Source: an uncultured Rhodobacterales bacterium
GTDB taxonomy: Bacteria; Pseudomonadota; Alphaproteobacteria; Rhodobacterales; Rhodobacteraceae
Direction of reading: 5' to 3'
Assembly: GCA_964352845.1 (NCBI GenBank)
Contig: CAYGUB010000001.1
Span: forward strand, 3,662 to 67,661
DNA length: 64,000 nt
The position numbers and the translations under genes are program-made. Positions 20,641 through 32,065 of this stretch are shown one piece after another. The notes beneath the pieces were generated by a model. It saw only the letters and a program-made list of their open reading frames with translations. It was not told the origin of the DNA and searched no databases. Every line of letters begins with the position of its first letter. Positions within the stretch are counted from its first letter, which is position 1.

Positions 20641-22495
20641 GCTTTTCCATCGATTTCAGTTGGACGAGAATGGCCACCAATCCAGCCGGGGTCATGCCAT
20701 CAATCTTTCCAGCCTGGTGAATCGTTTCCGGCCTGCTTTTTTCCAGCTTCTCGCAGAGCTCAAACGATAACCCAGGGAGACCGGAATAACTGAAATCTGC
20801 CGGGATTCGTAGGTTTTCGTCCTTTTTCAACGACTGAACATCTTTGTTTTGACGATCCACGTAGCTTTCATAGATCGCATCAATTTCCACCTGTCGAATC
20901 GTTTTCGTATCAAAAAGATCAATATCCGGCCACAGAGGCTTCAATGTGGCAGCTGTGATGTCCCGAAGCGACAAAAGCTGGACACCGCTTCGCCGTCTGC
21001 CGTCTTGACGCAGCTTTATCCCTACATCACCAGCCTCTTTTGGCGAAACTTCCCGTGAAGACAGATAATCGCGCAGCGTGTCTAACTGTTCCTGCTTTTT
21101 ACCAAACGCCACGCGTCTCTCATCAGAAACACAACCAAGATCCACGGCAACTGGCGTTAATCGCTGATCGGCGTTATCAGCGCGTAAAGACAGTCGAAAT
21201 TCGGCCCGCGAGGTGAACATCCGGTAAGGCTCCGCCACGCCAACCGAGGTCAGATCATCTATCATAACGCCGATATATGAGCTCGCCCTGCTCAAAACCA
21301 AGGGATCACGGTCCTGCACGCGCAACGCGGCGTTGAGGCCAGCGACAAGCCCTTGAGCGGCTGCCTCCTCATATCCTGTTGTCCCATTGATTTGCCCCGC
21401 AAAATAAAGACCAGGCACATCCTTGAGTTCCAGCGTCATCTTCAAAGCGCGCGGATCGACGTAGTCATATTCGATGGCGTAACCGGGCTGCAAAATCTTC
21501 GCATTCTCGAGGCCCAGTATCGACCTGACATATTCAAACTGAACGTCGGCGGGTAAAGATGTTGAAATGCCGTTGGGATAAACCGTATCGCACCCCAGCC
21601 CCTCCGGTTCCAGAAACACCTGATGCGAGGTTTTGTCAGCAAATCTGACAACTTTATCCTCTATGGATGGGCAATATCGTGGCCCAACGCCATCAATCCG
21701 ACCACCATACATCGCCGACAAGCCGATATTGTCATGAATGATTTGATGAGTCCGCTCATTTGTGTGCGCAATTCCACAAGAAATCTGATCAATATTCAGC
21801 TCTGTCGTTTGAAAAGAGAAGAAAGCGGGATCCTCATCGCCCGGTTGCATCTCCACAACGTCCCAATTGATGGACGAACTTGCCAAACGCGGCGGTGTAC
21901 CTGTCTTCAGCCTACCAAGCGGCAAGCCGTACCCGTCCAGACGCTCGGCCAGTTTGATCGATGCCCGATCACCTTGCCGGCCACCAGGACGCGACTCCTG
22001 CCCAATATGGATCACACCCCTCAGAAACGTTCCTGTTGTCAGGATGGTAGCGCCGCTCTTTATCTCGCTGCCATCACGCAAAACGACACCCTGAACCGTG
22101 TCGCCCTGCTGAATCAGGTCAGTGACCTCCGATTCACGGATTTCCAAATGCTCCAGCACGCCAAGTGCGCGCTGGATCGCTTCGCGATAGACGACACGAT
22201 CTGTTTGTGCACGCGGGCCTTGGACCGCTGGGCCTTTGCTCCGATTGAGAAGCCGAAACTGGATACCTGCCAGATCAGCACATTTTCCCATAATCCCGTC
22301 AAAGGCATCTACCTCACGGACCAGATGGCCTTTTCCCAGACCCCCAATGGCCGGGTTACATGACATGACTCCGACGGTTGAAATGGATTGTGTAACCAAA
22401 AGAGTGCGCACACCCATGCGCGCTGAGGCTGCAGCGGCCTCCGCGCCCGCATGACCTCCACCAACGACGATGACATCGTAATCCGCATGTTTCAC
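20630..22495 (-). CDS. mnmG: tRNA uridine-5-carboxymethylaminomethyl synthesis enzyme MnmG (GidA)
   Basis: [47 protein letters not shown] motifs; start GTG 22495 or TTG 22504. Confidence 0.98.
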   Translation of the reverse strand: MKHADYDVIVVGGGHAGAEAAAASARMGVRTLLVTQSISTVGVMSCNPAIGGLGKGHLVREVDAFDGIMGKCADLAGIQFRLLNRSKGPAVQGPRAQTDRVVYREAIQRALGVLEHLEIRESEVTDLIQQGDTVQGVVLRDGSEIKSGATILTTGTFLRGVIHIGQESRPGGRQGDRASIKLAERLDGYGLPLGRLKTGTPPRLASSSINWDVVEMQPGDEDPAFFSFQTTELNIDQISCGIAHTNERTHQIIHDNIGLSAMYGGRIDGVGPRYCPSIEDKVVRFADKTSHQVFLEPEGLGCDTVYPNGISTSLPADVQFEYVRSILGLENAKILQPGYAIEYDYVDPRALKMTLELKDVPGLYFAGQINGTTGYEEAAAQGLVAGLNAALRVQDRDPLVLSRASSYIGVMIDDLTSVGVAEPYRMFTSRAEFRLSLRADNADQRLTPVAVDLGCVSDERRVAFGKKQEQLDTLRDYLSSREVSPKEAGDVGIKLRQDGRRRSGVQLLSLRDITAATLKPLWPDIDLFDTKTIRQVEIDAIYESYVDRQNKDVQSLKKDENLRIPADFSYSGLPGLSFELCEKLEKSRPETIHQAGKIDGMTPAGLVAILVQLKSMEKRAG

Positions 22496-22503
22496 GTGAA
22501 ACA
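22488..22503. other. parS centromere site
   Basis: Perfect palindrome TGTTTCACGTGAAACA overlapping the mnmG start. Confidence 0.95.
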
Positions 22504-22507
22504 ATCC

Positions 22508-23800
22508 TCACTTGCCAAGACAGAAATTCGAGAAAACCTCATCGAGCACATCTTCTACACCAATCTTGCCAACCATGCTATCCAGCTTGTGAGTTGCCTG
22601 TCGCACCTCTTCCGCCACGATCTCCAGTCTCGCATCCTCATGCTTCAGCTCCGCAAGAGCGTTCGCGAGACCGTCCAGAGCCGCCTCAATCGCACTACGA
22701 TGTCGCCCACGTGTTATCAGAGAGGACCCCACAGTGATCTTGGAAAGCCGCTCCGTGAGCAACGCAAGAAGCTCAGGCACACCATGCCCAGTCACTCCTG
22801 ATATGCCAAAGACATCCGGTACTGGATTATCCATCTTGGACACGCAGACAATATCCCCTTCTCTGATCGCTATGGGGCTCTCGGCATTACCCGCCTCAAC
22901 GAGCACCAGACGAAGATCCGCAGCCTCGGCCCGCTGAAGCCCACGGCGGATTCCCATCGCTTCGATCTCATCCTCGGATTCCCTGACACCAGCCGTATCA
23001 AGAAAGGTAACGGCATAGCCAGCCACATTCATACGCACTTCGATCACGTCGCGTGTTGTCCCCGCGATCGAGCTCGTCAGCGCGGCTTCGCGCCCCGCGA
23101 GATGATTGAGCAAAGTTGATTTACCGATATTTGGCGCCCCGACGATAGCAACCTCGAACCCATCACGGATAATTTCTGCTGCGCTCGATCCCTTCAGTTG
23201 AGACTCCAGAGACTGACGCACTTTTTCAATTCGACGGCCTATATCGGGAACCAGATCATCCGGAATTTCTTCATCAGCGAAGTCAATCGACGCCTGCATC
23301 AGCGCCGCCGCAGCTATCAACTCCTGACGCCACAGGCTGACGGCATCTCCAAGCTGACCCTGGAACAAACGCTCTGCCTGACGTTTCTGCGACTGCGTTT
23401 CCGCATTGATCAGATCAGCCAGCCCATCCACCTGCGACAGATCCATCCTGCCATTCTCCAGAGCGCGGCGCGTGAACTCTCCCGGCTCTGCCAGACGGGT
23501 ACCTGGAAAGCTCGACAGCTCCTTCAGGAGCGCGTCGAGGACCGCAGGGCTGCCGTGAATATGGAGTTCGAGAACCTCCTCACCGGTATAGCTCCGCTCT
23601 TCACCAAAACGGAGCAGCAGTGCTTCGTCGATAAATGTTCCGTCCTGACCATGGATTCGACGCAAGCTTGATTTGCGTTCCTCTGGCACGAACCCATTGG
23701 TCAGGCTGCTACATATCTGGCTGATAGTCGCACCCGAAATCCGAACCACAGAAACGCCCGACTTACCCGGCGCGCTTGCCAGTGCAAATATCGTATCCAT
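22508..23800 (-). CDS. mnmE: tRNA modification GTPase MnmE (TrmE)
   Basis: MDTIFALAS, AEPGEFTRRA, GAPNIGKST, GTTRD, DTAG motifs and C-terminal FCLGK. Confidence 0.98.
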   Translation of the reverse strand: MDTIFALASAPGKSGVSVVRISGATISQICSSLTNGFVPEERKSSLRRIHGQDGTFIDEALLLRFGEERSYTGEEVLELHIHGSPAVLDALLKELSSFPGTRLAEPGEFTRRALENGRMDLSQVDGLADLINAETQSQKRQAERLFQGQLGDAVSLWRQELIAAAALMQASIDFADEEIPDDLVPDIGRRIEKVRQSLESQLKGSSAAEIIRDGFEVAIVGAPNIGKSTLLNHLAGREAALTSSIAGTTRDVIEVRMNVAGYAVTFLDTAGVRESEDEIEAMGIRRGLQRAEAADLRLVLVEAGNAESPIAIREGDIVCVSKMDNPVPDVFGISGVTGHGVPELLALLTERLSKITVGSSLITRGRHRSAIEAALDGLANALAELKHEDARLEIVAEEVRQATHKLDSMVGKIGVEDVLDEVFSNFCLGK

Positions 23801-23828
23801 TTTGTAACTCTTTGATATTAATACATAT

Positions 23829-25100
23829 TTATGTATTCATCGAGTCGAAGAAGTCCGAATTTGTCTTGGTTTGCTTCAGCTTCGTGATCAGGAATTCTAT
23901 CGCATCGGTCGTACCCATCGGGTTTAGAATACGGCGCAAGACAAAGGTTTTCTGCAGGTCATTCTTGTCTACCAGCAGCTCCTCTTTCCGCGTGCCGGAT
24001 TTCAAGATATCCATGGCCGGGAACACACGTTTATCGGCCACCTTGCGATCAAGAACGATCTCGGAATTGCCGGTCCCTTTGAATTCCTCGAAAATAACTT
24101 CATCCATTCGGGAGCCGGTATCAATCAGCGCCGTCGCGATGATTGTGAGCGATCCACCCTCTTCGATGTTCCGCGCCGCGCCAAAGAACCTTTTGGGGCG
24201 TTGAAGAGCGTTCGCGTCGACACCACCGGTCAGCACCTTGCCCGAAGATGGCACGACCGTGTTAAACGCCCGGCCCAGCCGCGTGATCGAATCGAGCAAA
24301 ATGACAACGTCGCGCTTATGCTCAACCAGTCTCTTGGCCTTCTCGATTACCATTTCCGACACACCAACATGTCGCGTTGCCGGCTCGTCAAAGGTGGAGC
24401 TGATCACCTCACCCTTCACCGACCGCTGCATATCGGTCACTTCTTCCGGCCGTTCATCAATCAGCAGCACGATCAAATAACATTCCGGGTGGTTCTTCTC
24501 GATCGAGTTGGCGATGTTTTGCAACAGCACCGTCTTACCGGTCCGCGGCGGTGCCACGATTAGCGATCTTTGCCCCTTACCAATCGGAGCCACCAGATCA
24601 ATGATCCGCGCTGAGCGGTCCTTCACAGTAGGATCGTCAATCTCCATCGTCATCCGCTCATCCGGATAGAGCGGCGTCAGGTTGTCGAAACTGACCTTGT
24701 GACGCGCCTTTTCGGGCTCCTCAAAGTTGATCTTCGTCAGCTTCGTTATGGCGAAATAGCGTTCCGTCTCTCTGGGCGCCTTGATGACACCTTCCACCGT
24801 ATCACCCGTTCGAAGCGAAAACTGACGGATCATGTCGGGCGAGACATAAATATCATCTGGACCCGGCAGATAATTTGCCTCTGGTGATCTCAGAAAACCA
24901 AACCCGTCCTGGAGGACTTCCAGAACGCCGTCTCCGGAAATCTCCCATCCCTCCTCGGCGCGTTCCTTGAGGATCGAGAACATCATCTCGCCTTTGCGCA
25001 TGGTCGATGCGTTCTCGATCTCCAGATCTTCGGCCATCGCGACCAGGTCCGCCGGGCTCTGCTTCTTCAGATCAGCGAGATTTACACGTTCTTCGGACAT
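23829..25100 (-). CDS. rho: Transcription termination factor Rho
   Basis: [35 protein letters not shown] motifs. Confidence 0.99.
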   Translation of the reverse strand: MSEERVNLADLKKQSPADLVAMAEDLEIENASTMRKGEMMFSILKERAEEGWEISGDGVLEVLQDGFGFLRSPEANYLPGPDDIYVSPDMIRQFSLRTGDTVEGVIKAPRETERYFAITKLTKINFEEPEKARHKVSFDNLTPLYPDERMTMEIDDPTVKDRSARIIDLVAPIGKGQRSLIVAPPRTGKTVLLQNIANSIEKNHPECYLIVLLIDERPEEVTDMQRSVKGEVISSTFDEPATRHVGVSEMVIEKAKRLVEHKRDVVILLDSITRLGRAFNTVVPSSGKVLTGGVDANALQRPKRFFGAARNIEEGGSLTIIATALIDTGSRMDEVIFEEFKGTGNSEIVLDRKVADKRVFPAMDILKSGTRKEELLVDKNDLQKTFVLRRILNPMGTTDAIEFLITKLKQTKTNSDFFDSMNT

Positions 25101-25219
25101 AACATTCCATCACAAGTTCGCAGCAGCCTGCGATACATCAAAATTTCAAAGCTGGATAAATCGACCGGACGGCCGATAAGCCCCTCTAGCAGAGTCATTT
25201 TCATCATGTCAAACGATCT

Positions 25220-25672
25220 TCAGAACGGGCGCGCAATTACCGAGAACACGATGACGAGCATCAGGATCGTCGGAACCTCGTTCATGATGCGGAAGGTCCT
25301 GCCCGACCTCGTGTTGGCAGAGACCGCGAATTCCTGCAACCGCTGCCCCAGCCACATGTGAAACCATGTCATCGCAAGGATGGAAAGCAGCTTCAACCAT
25401 GGCCAGACATCTGACCAGGGAATGACGCCAGGTGTGGCGACCAACAGAAGACCAAAGAACCAGCTCGCAATCATGGCCGGGTTCATAATCACTTTCAGAA
25501 GCTTGTGTTCCATCATCTGAAAGGTCTCTTCAAGCTCTGAGCCTTTTGACGCTCTCTCAGCATGATGAACAAACAACCTTGGCAAATAGAACAACCCGGC
25601 CATCCATGATATAACGGAGACAACATGCAGGCTCTTGATCCAGGGATAAGCAGTAAAGAGTAAATCAGACAT
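25220..25672 (-). CDS. hemJ: Protoporphyrinogen oxidase HemJ (CopD-like family)
   Basis: LHVVSVISWMAGLFYLPRLFVHH, IMNPAM, FRIMNEVP motifs. Confidence 0.92.
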   Translation of the reverse strand: MSDLLFTAYPWIKSLHVVSVISWMAGLFYLPRLFVHHAERASKGSELEETFQMMEHKLLKVIMNPAMIASWFFGLLLVATPGVIPWSDVWPWLKLLSILAMTWFHMWLGQRLQEFAVSANTRSGRTFRIMNEVPTILMLVIVFSVIARPF

Positions 25673-25699
25673 GCCAAAGATCTACCTGTCTTCTCTCTC

Positions 25700-26050
25700 A
25701 ATAAAAAGAAGTAAAGAAAGAAGGATTTTGTAGTTTATTGTACTGGGGATACTGTGGAAACCCGTCTTTCTCACCAGCCTTGGGGCAGTCACACAGATAC
25801 AGTCCACAAAAGGGGTAATTCTTATAATATCGTTTTATAACAAAGATTTAATAGTAACCTACAGTGAGGATAAGCAAGGTATAGCTGGAGGATTGTTGAG
25901 ATAAATCCACATGCCGGGATAAATCTTCCCCAGATGCAAAACATGTGACCAATTTCGGCGAACTTGGGATAGATCACTGTCAAGACAAGCGATCAGTGGA
26001 TAGACCGCTATTTATGCACAGTCACAAGAATAAACCCCACAGGATGCGCA
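25700..26050. other. Probable chromosomal replication origin oriC
   Basis: Non-coding gap between divergent hemJ and maf. DnaA-box-like 9-mers: TGTGGAAAC 25753, TGAGGATAA 25865, AAATCCACA 25903, AGTGGATAG 25995, TTATGCACA 26012, AACCCCACA 26033. AT-rich tract ~25817-25860. Close to parABS/gidA. Confidence 0.8.
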
Positions 26051-26051
26051 C

Positions 26052-26651
26052 ATGCCTGAGCCGCTGATTTTAGCGTCTGGGTCGAGTGCCCGGCACGCCA
26101 TGTTGACCGCCGCAGGGCTACGGTTTGACACAGTAAAGCCGCAGATAGATGAACAAGCCATTAAGACCAGCCTGACGACGGAAAATTACGCGCCAGACGA
26201 AATAGCCGATGCGCTGGCCGATGCGAAGGCGCAGAAAGTTTCCAACAAGCAGCCTGAGGCGTTGGTTTTGGGAAGTGATCAGGTCCTGGCCTTCGATGGT
26301 AGGCTTTTGTCAAAACCTCAATCGCCTGACGCATTATCAGCGCAACTGTCGGCGATGCGCGGTCAAACACACCATCTCTATTCTGCCGCTGTGATATATC
26401 GGGCCGGCAGACCGGAATGGCGGCACACAAGCCACTGTCGCATGTCGATGAGAGATTTCAGTGACGATTTCCTTGTAGGTTACGTGAAACGGAATTTTGA
26501 GACTGTAAAGTTTTGCGTCGGAGGATATGAAATAGAGGGAGAGGGAATTCGCTTGTTTTCCCGTATTCAAGGAGATTACTTCACGATCATGGGCATGCCA
26601 TTGGTGGAAATCCTGAATCACCTCACACGTATCAAGGCGATCGAAGGGTGA
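26052..26651 (+). CDS. maf: Maf family nucleoside triphosphate pyrophosphatase
   Basis: LILASGSSAR, LVLGSDQ, SKP, VGGYEIEG, IMGMPL motifs. Confidence 0.92.
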   Translation: MPEPLILASGSSARHAMLTAAGLRFDTVKPQIDEQAIKTSLTTENYAPDEIADALADAKAQKVSNKQPEALVLGSDQVLAFDGRLLSKPQSPDALSAQLSAMRGQTHHLYSAAVIYRAGRPEWRHTSHCRMSMRDFSDDFLVGYVKRNFETVKFCVGGYEIEGEGIRLFSRIQGDYFTIMGMPLVEILNHLTRIKAIEG

Positions 26652-27481
26652 GCGTTCCGACTGTACCTCTGGCCGGGGTCATTGGTCAAAATGTAGGCTA
26701 TAGCAAGTCGCCGCGTCTTCACACCTATTGGCTCAGAAAATATGGGCTGCCCGGGCATTACATCCCGATGGATGTTGCCACAACGGATTTGCCGCATGTC
26801 CTCAATATTCTCCCAAAGATGGGATTCAAGGGCGTCAATGTTACGATTCCCCATAAGGAACCTGTTCTGGACTTCGCCGATGTCATTTCTGACCGCGCTG
26901 CGCTGATTGGTGCTGCGAACACCTTGACCTTCCAGTCCGATGGCAAGCTCTATGCTGACAATACCGACGGCACCGGCTTTACTGCCAATCTTCAGCAATC
27001 CGCGCCCAACTGGCAGCCGAGCTCTGCGCCGGCCTTTGTTTTGGGATCCGGCGGTGCTGCACGCGCCGTTGTCGCGGCATTGCTGCAGGAACGCACGCCA
27101 GAGATTTTTATAGCCAACCGGACACGCGCGCGCGCTGATGCACTCAAGGCGCATTTTGGCGGCAAGATTACCGTCATCGATTGGACGCAGGCAAGCCGGA
27201 ACCTGGAAGGTGTCGGGACACTTGTGAATACGACCTCTCTCGGAATGGTCGGCAAGGAAGAGCTGAAGCTCTCCCTCGATGAGCTTGAGAAAGACTGTAT
27301 CGTCACAGATCTGGTCTATTCGCCGCTGGAGACGCAGCTTCTGGCGAATGCGCGCGCGCGGGGCAATCAGGTGGTGGACGGACTGGGAATGCTTCTGCAT
27401 CAAGCGGCCCCAGGTTTTGAGCGTTGGTTTGGTCGCAGGCCAGAGGTCGATGACGGCCTACGCGATACAATGCTTGTATGA
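26648..27481 (+). CDS. aroE: Shikimate dehydrogenase
   Basis: SKSPRLH, GVNVTIPHKE, AANT, NTDG, GSGGAARA, GLGMLLHQA motifs. Confidence 0.96.
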   Translation: MSVPTVPLAGVIGQNVGYSKSPRLHTYWLRKYGLPGHYIPMDVATTDLPHVLNILPKMGFKGVNVTIPHKEPVLDFADVISDRAALIGAANTLTFQSDGKLYADNTDGTGFTANLQQSAPNWQPSSAPAFVLGSGGAARAVVAALLQERTPEIFIANRTRARADALKAHFGGKITVIDWTQASRNLEGVGTLVNTTSLGMVGKEELKLSLDELEKDCIVTDLVYSPLETQLLANARARGNQVVDGLGMLLHQAAPGFERWFGRRPEVDDGLRDTMLV

Positions 27482-28071
27482 TCGCTCCGGTTATTTTGGG
27501 GCTGACAGGCTCGATCGGGATGGGAAAATCCACGACCGCACAGATGTTTCGCGATGCGGGCATCCCGGTGTGGGATGCGGATGCAACCGTGGAGGCGCTC
27601 TACTCCAAAGGGGGCAAGGCGGTTGATCCCATTGGTCTTGCCTTTGACAATGTCATCGCGCAAGGAGCGGTGGACAGGACAGCATTGAAAAAGCTGATCG
27701 CAAGAGACCCTGAGACATTAGAAACATTAAATAAAATTGTTCATCCTCTTCTTCGCGCCAGCCGGGAGGAGTTCATCAAAGATCACGCCCATGCAGCCTT
27801 GATTGTTCTTGATGTCCCCCTGCTCTTTGAAACGGGGCTTGATCACACTGTCGATAAAATAGCCGTCGTGACCGTCTCTGTGGCTGAGCAGCGCCGACGC
27901 GTGCTTGACCGGGGCGATATGACGGAAGACGTTTTTGATATTATCCTGTCGAGACAACTGCCCGACGCTGAAAAACGCGCACGCGCAGACTACATCATTG
28001 AGACGCAGGATTTCGTGACTGCCAACGCGGCGGTTGCCCGGATTATTGACGAATTGAGTGGGGGAAAATGA
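27478..28071 (+). CDS. coaE: Dephospho-CoA kinase
   Basis: GLTGSIGMGKST, DAD, VHP, DVPLLFE motifs. Confidence 0.96.
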   Translation: MIAPVILGLTGSIGMGKSTTAQMFRDAGIPVWDADATVEALYSKGGKAVDPIGLAFDNVIAQGAVDRTALKKLIARDPETLETLNKIVHPLLRASREEFIKDHAHAALIVLDVPLLFETGLDHTVDKIAVVTVSVAEQRRRVLDRGDMTEDVFDIILSRQLPDAEKRARADYIIETQDFVTANAAVARIIDELSGGK

Positions 28072-28757
28072 GAGAGATTGTCCTGGATACGGAAACCACT
28101 GGTTTTGAACCTGAAACAGGTGACCGAATCGTAGAGATCGGCGCTGTCGAGTTGTTCAACCACATGCCAACAGGAAATGTGTATCATCAGTATATCAATC
28201 CAGAACGCTCCATGCCAACCGAGGCGTTTGAAGTGCATGGTCTGGGCGATGATTTCCTGCGCGATAAACCGGTATTTGCCAAGATTGCGCAAGAGTTTCT
28301 GGACTTCGTTCAGGATTCCAAACTCGTAATCCATAACGCATCTTTTGACATGAAATTCCTCAATGCGGAGCTTGGCTGGGCCAATCTACAAAAACTGCCC
28401 GACACTCAGGCAATTGATACTCTTCTGATCGCCCGTCGTAAGTTCCCCGGCTCCCCTGCGTCGCTCGATGCTCTGTGTAGACGATTTGGCGTCGACAATT
28501 CGTCACGGGAAAAGCATGGCGCGCTACTGGATAGTGAGATTCTGGCAGAGGTTTATCTGGAATTGATTGGAGGTCGGCAACCTGATCTGGTTTTGGGTAC
28601 AGCGCCAAAGAAACACACTCAAACCCAAAGCGACGAATGGCGCCCAGCTGCGCGACCAAATGCTCTCAAACCGCGTTTGACCGAGGAGGAGCGCATTGCC
28701 CATGAGAGTTTTGTCAACAGGCTGGGCGATGGCGCGCTCTGGAAGCTCACAAATTAA
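28068..28757 (+). CDS. dnaQ: DNA polymerase III subunit epsilon
   Basis: VLDTETTG, HNASFD, SLDALC, HGALLD motifs. Confidence 0.97.
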   Translation: MREIVLDTETTGFEPETGDRIVEIGAVELFNHMPTGNVYHQYINPERSMPTEAFEVHGLGDDFLRDKPVFAKIAQEFLDFVQDSKLVIHNASFDMKFLNAELGWANLQKLPDTQAIDTLLIARRKFPGSPASLDALCRRFGVDNSSREKHGALLDSEILAEVYLELIGGRQPDLVLGTAPKKHTQTQSDEWRPAARPNALKPRLTEEERIAHESFVNRLGDGALWKLTN

Positions 28758-28901
28758 CGCGCTTTACGGTCAATGTGAAGTCACACGAAGGTCGCCGCCT
28801 GACTCACGCCTTTTGGCAGGTGGACCTTCGCAAACAACCTCACGACTGTCGGAAAGCAACACGGCACTTTTGCCAGGTCGGCTCTTTACGTGATGACGCA
28901 A

Positions 28902-29366
28902 TTACGCGGCCTTCGTCGCCGGAGCCTCTGTCAAAATGGCATATAGTGTCGAGACGTCACTATTCGCCCTCAATTTCGCACAGGTATCGGGGTCACGCAT
29001 CGTGCGCGATACCAGTGCAAGCGCCTTAAGATGATCGGCGCCTGCATCAAGTGGTGCGAGAAGTACAAAGAACAAATCAGCAGGTTGTCTGTCAGCAGAT
29101 TCGAAATCCAGCGGCTGATCCAGCCGTATGAACACCGCGACAACCTCGTCAAGATCCTTGAGCCGCGCATGCGGCAGAGCCACGCCGCGGCCCACACCCG
29201 TTGGGCCCAGTGTCTCCCGATCCTGCAGGGCTTCGCATGTATTGGCGACGTCCAGACCATAGCACAGATGGGCCTGTTCCGCGATCTCGTGAAACAAACG
29301 CTTTTTACTGGTTGTGGCCGACAGGCTTCTTATGGCCTCCGGTTTAAGGATTCTCGAAATTTGCAT
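28902..29366 (-). CDS. ptsN: PTS IIA-Ntr nitrogen regulatory protein
   Basis: RETLGPTGVGRGVALPHAR, HLKALA motifs; likely start ATG 29366. Confidence 0.92.
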   Translation of the reverse strand: MQISRILKPEAIRSLSATTSKKRLFHEIAEQAHLCYGLDVANTCEALQDRETLGPTGVGRGVALPHARLKDLDEVVAVFIRLDQPLDFESADRQPADLFFVLLAPLDAGADHLKALALVSRTMRDPDTCAKLRANSDVSTLYAILTEAPATKAA

Positions 29367-29403
29367 CGATACACTTCTCTTAAGCCGCAGCGGCTCTTTC
29401 ATT

Positions 29404-29973
29404 CTAACCGTTCGGGTCTATCCATCCGATATTCCCGTCATCACGTCGATAAACGACGTTTATCCCCTTACTTCCCTCATTGCGAAACACCAGAACAGGG
29501 GCGCTCGCAATTTCCATCTGCATAACAGCCTCGCCGACTGAAAGCGACGGAATTTTCGTCTCCATTTCCGCGACAATTACAGGTTGGAGGGTTTCGGGCT
29601 CGGGCTCCTCCGCCCCCTCTTGTCCTGCGAGGATATAGGAGGCTGCCTCCGAAATTTCAACAGGTTGTGAACGCTCCTTGTGATGGTCTTTCAATCGACG
29701 CTTGTAGCGGCGCAGCTGTTTTTCCATCTTTTCAGCGCAGCTATCAAAAGCAGCGTAGATCTCAACCGCATGTGCCCGTGCCTGTGTCGTCAGACCGGTG
29801 CTCAGATGTATTGTTGCCTCGCAGACATACTCATGCGCATCGCGGGAGAAAACCACAGTCGCGTCGGTCGGCCGCTCTGCATATTTGTCGATGATGGTTT
29901 TCAGATCGGTCTTCACATGGGTTTGGAGCGCATCCCCAATATCGATTTGTTTGCCGCTGATTTGATAGCGCAT
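29404..29973 (-). CDS. hpf: Ribosome hibernation promoting factor (long HPF/RaiA)
   Basis: ISGKQIDIG, KQLRRYKRRLKDH, NVVYRRDDGNIGWIDP motifs. Confidence 0.95.
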   Translation of the reverse strand: MRYQISGKQIDIGDALQTHVKTDLKTIIDKYAERPTDATVVFSRDAHEYVCEATIHLSTGLTTQARAHAVEIYAAFDSCAEKMEKQLRRYKRRLKDHHKERSQPVEISEAASYILAGQEGAEEPEPETLQPVIVAEMETKIPSLSVGEAVMQMEIASAPVLVFRNEGSKGINVVYRRDDGNIGWIDPNG

Positions 29974-30193
29974 GGCATCTCCTTTTCCTATCGCGAAGAG
30001 TTAGAACAGCTAGTCTGCAGGTTACAAAAATTCATGTTTAACACATTGAAAAATTTGAAACTCTCTGATCGACCAAATGAATAAGGCCGGTTGAAGGTCG
30101 ACAATTGATAAGGGTCAATCATTAACGCCATTCGGCACCAGTATCACGGTCCATGTCAACTGTGGGTTTGGATTATTGCGCTTGATCCGGCGC

Positions 30194-30952
30194 TCATGTG
30201 ATCCGGAAATTATGGCCAAGATAGACGCGCCGGACATTTTCATCATTCACGACCTCTTCGGTGGTGCCGCTCATCAGGACATGGCCATCGTGAAGGATAT
30301 AGGCGCGATCCACGATCTCCAGCGTTTCGCGCACGTTGTGATCCGTGATCAAGACACCAATGCCACGCTTCTTCAACTCGGTCACCAGTGAGCGTATCTC
30401 GCCCACAGCAATCGGGTCGACCCCCGCGAACGGTTCGTCCAGCAGCAGATATTTCGGGTCAGCCGCCAGACAGCGCGCAATTTCGGCGCGGCGCCGTTCG
30501 CCGCCTGATAATGACAAGGCCGGAGCGCGCCGCAAATGGCTGATCGAGAACTCATTGAGCAACTCTTCCAGCCGCTCGCGCCGTTTCGTGCGGCTTTTCA
30601 CAGCGATCTCGAGGATCGCGAGGATATTGTCTTCGACAGTGAGCCCCCTGAAAATCGACATCTCCTGCGGCAGATATCCGATACCCAGCTTCGCGCGGCG
30701 ATACATCGGCAAAAGCGTTGCGTCCTCTCCGTCAATCAGCACCGTGCCCGCCTCAGGCGTCACAAGGCCCGCAATGGAATAGAAACAGGTTGTTTTGCCC
30801 GATCCGTTTGGACCCAAAAGCGCCACAACCTCGCCGCGCATCAGATCAAGACTGACATCACGGATTACCGGGCGCTTCTTGTAGCTTTTGCGCAGGGCCA
30901 TGACTTTGAGGCCAAGCGATCCTTCCTGAACTGTCAGTTCGGGTTTGCTCAT
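30194..30952 (-). CDS. lptB: LPS export ABC transporter ATP-binding protein
   Basis: [44 protein letters not shown] motifs. Confidence 0.97.
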   Translation of the reverse strand: MSKPELTVQEGSLGLKVMALRKSYKKRPVIRDVSLDLMRGEVVALLGPNGSGKTTCFYSIAGLVTPEAGTVLIDGEDATLLPMYRRAKLGIGYLPQEMSIFRGLTVEDNILAILEIAVKSRTKRRERLEELLNEFSISHLRRAPALSLSGGERRRAEIARCLAADPKYLLLDEPFAGVDPIAVGEIRSLVTELKKRGIGVLITDHNVRETLEIVDRAYILHDGHVLMSGTTEEVVNDENVRRVYLGHNFRIT

Positions 30953-31455
30953 TCGCTGCCGCCTGTCTGGAAAATCGTCCGGACACGGCCTTCCATCCGA
31001 CCTGTGCCGGACGTCAGATCAACGATCAGTTTTTCTGCGGACAAGGCATTGGGCCCCTGGGTCAGGATCACATTCCCGGTCATGATGATTTCAGCCGTTG
31101 CCACGGCATAGACGGCATCCTGGGATTCGGCCTGCTCTGCGCCATTAACCAGAGTGACCCCGCCACTTGCCATAAGCCGGTCAATCCGTCCTGTCGCCGC
31201 GCCATTCTCAGTCGCATATTGAACCTGCACGCGCCCGGCACTCAGCCGCATTTGGCCCTGACCTGCGACCACATTGCCTGAAAACACGGCGCTTCCGGTA
31301 GATTGATCAACAGTAAGCTGATCGGCAGTGATCTCGACGGGCAGGGATTTGTCATGTTCGACCGCACCGAAGGCCACACTGGCATTTTGCGCATGCGCCA
31401 ACCCGGCCAATGCAAGGCAGATGGGCAGGCAAAGGAGAGTGATAAATCGGTGCAT
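30949..31455 (-). CDS. lptA: LPS transport periplasmic protein LptA
   Basis: Signal peptide, OstA-like beta-jellyroll pattern ([20 protein letters not shown]), synteny. Confidence 0.88.
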   Translation of the reverse strand: MHRFITLLCLPICLALAGLAHAQNASVAFGAVEHDKSLPVEITADQLTVDQSTGSAVFSGNVVAGQGQMRLSAGRVQVQYATENGAATGRIDRLMASGGVTLVNGAEQAESQDAVYAVATAEIIMTGNVILTQGPNALSAEKLIVDLTSGTGRMEGRVRTIFQTGGSE

Positions 31456-31468
31456 ATAGTCTCTATCT

Positions 31469-32062
31469 TTATGGCTGATATACCAGTTTCACACCGTTTT
31501 GGAACTCAAGTATAAGTGTATCACTACTTTGACGCAGTGTCATATTGCCCGCTTCGATTTTTCCCGAAGGCGCCATTCCAGTGATTTTCGAAGGCGCATC
31601 AAGCGCTGTCACCCGCAGATTCGCCGTCAAATTGTCGGTGGTCAGTGTGTATCCGTCAGAGGTGGTGATCTCCACGCCATCGGACAGTGACAGCACATTG
31701 GACCCGCCATCATAGACCCCGCCCGTGGCTATCATCTCGTAGGAAATACCCGGTCGCGTGCTCAGAGTTGCCGTGATCTGCTCGGCGGTCAGCTTGCGTT
31801 GATCCTGCGGGTCGGGTCTGGCGCTGTTGGCCGCAACGATGATTTCGGAGCCGTCACTGGTGATCCCGGAAAATCGCGGTCCGGCGAGTATCTGTTCACG
31901 GGCAATTTTCTCCACATCTATGTCGGAGATGATGATCGCATCATTCGGATCAAGGCTGCGCGAGAACAAGAACAGCGTCGATAGCAGCCCCAGCGCCAGC
32001 AGCGGGAAAATCACCTTGGCGAAGCGCACGAAGCGCGAATAGCCGCTATCGACCAGCGCCAT
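31469..32062 (-). CDS. lptC: LPS export protein LptC
   Basis: Single N-terminal TM segment, beta-rich periplasmic part, kdsD-lptC-lptA-lptB order. Confidence 0.82.
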   Translation of the reverse strand: MALVDSGYSRFVRFAKVIFPLLALGLLSTLFLFSRSLDPNDAIIISDIDVEKIAREQILAGPRFSGITSDGSEIIVAANSARPDPQDQRKLTAEQITATLSTRPGISYEMIATGGVYDGGSNVLSLSDGVEITTSDGYTLTTDNLTANLRVTALDAPSKITGMAPSGKIEAGNMTLRQSSDTLILEFQNGVKLVYQP

Positions 32063-32065
32063 GAG

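Noticed and set aside
29974-30193. No rpoN between lptB and hpf
   Set aside because: No rpoN remnant recognisable; as far as I know this arrangement is ordinary in Rhodobacteraceae
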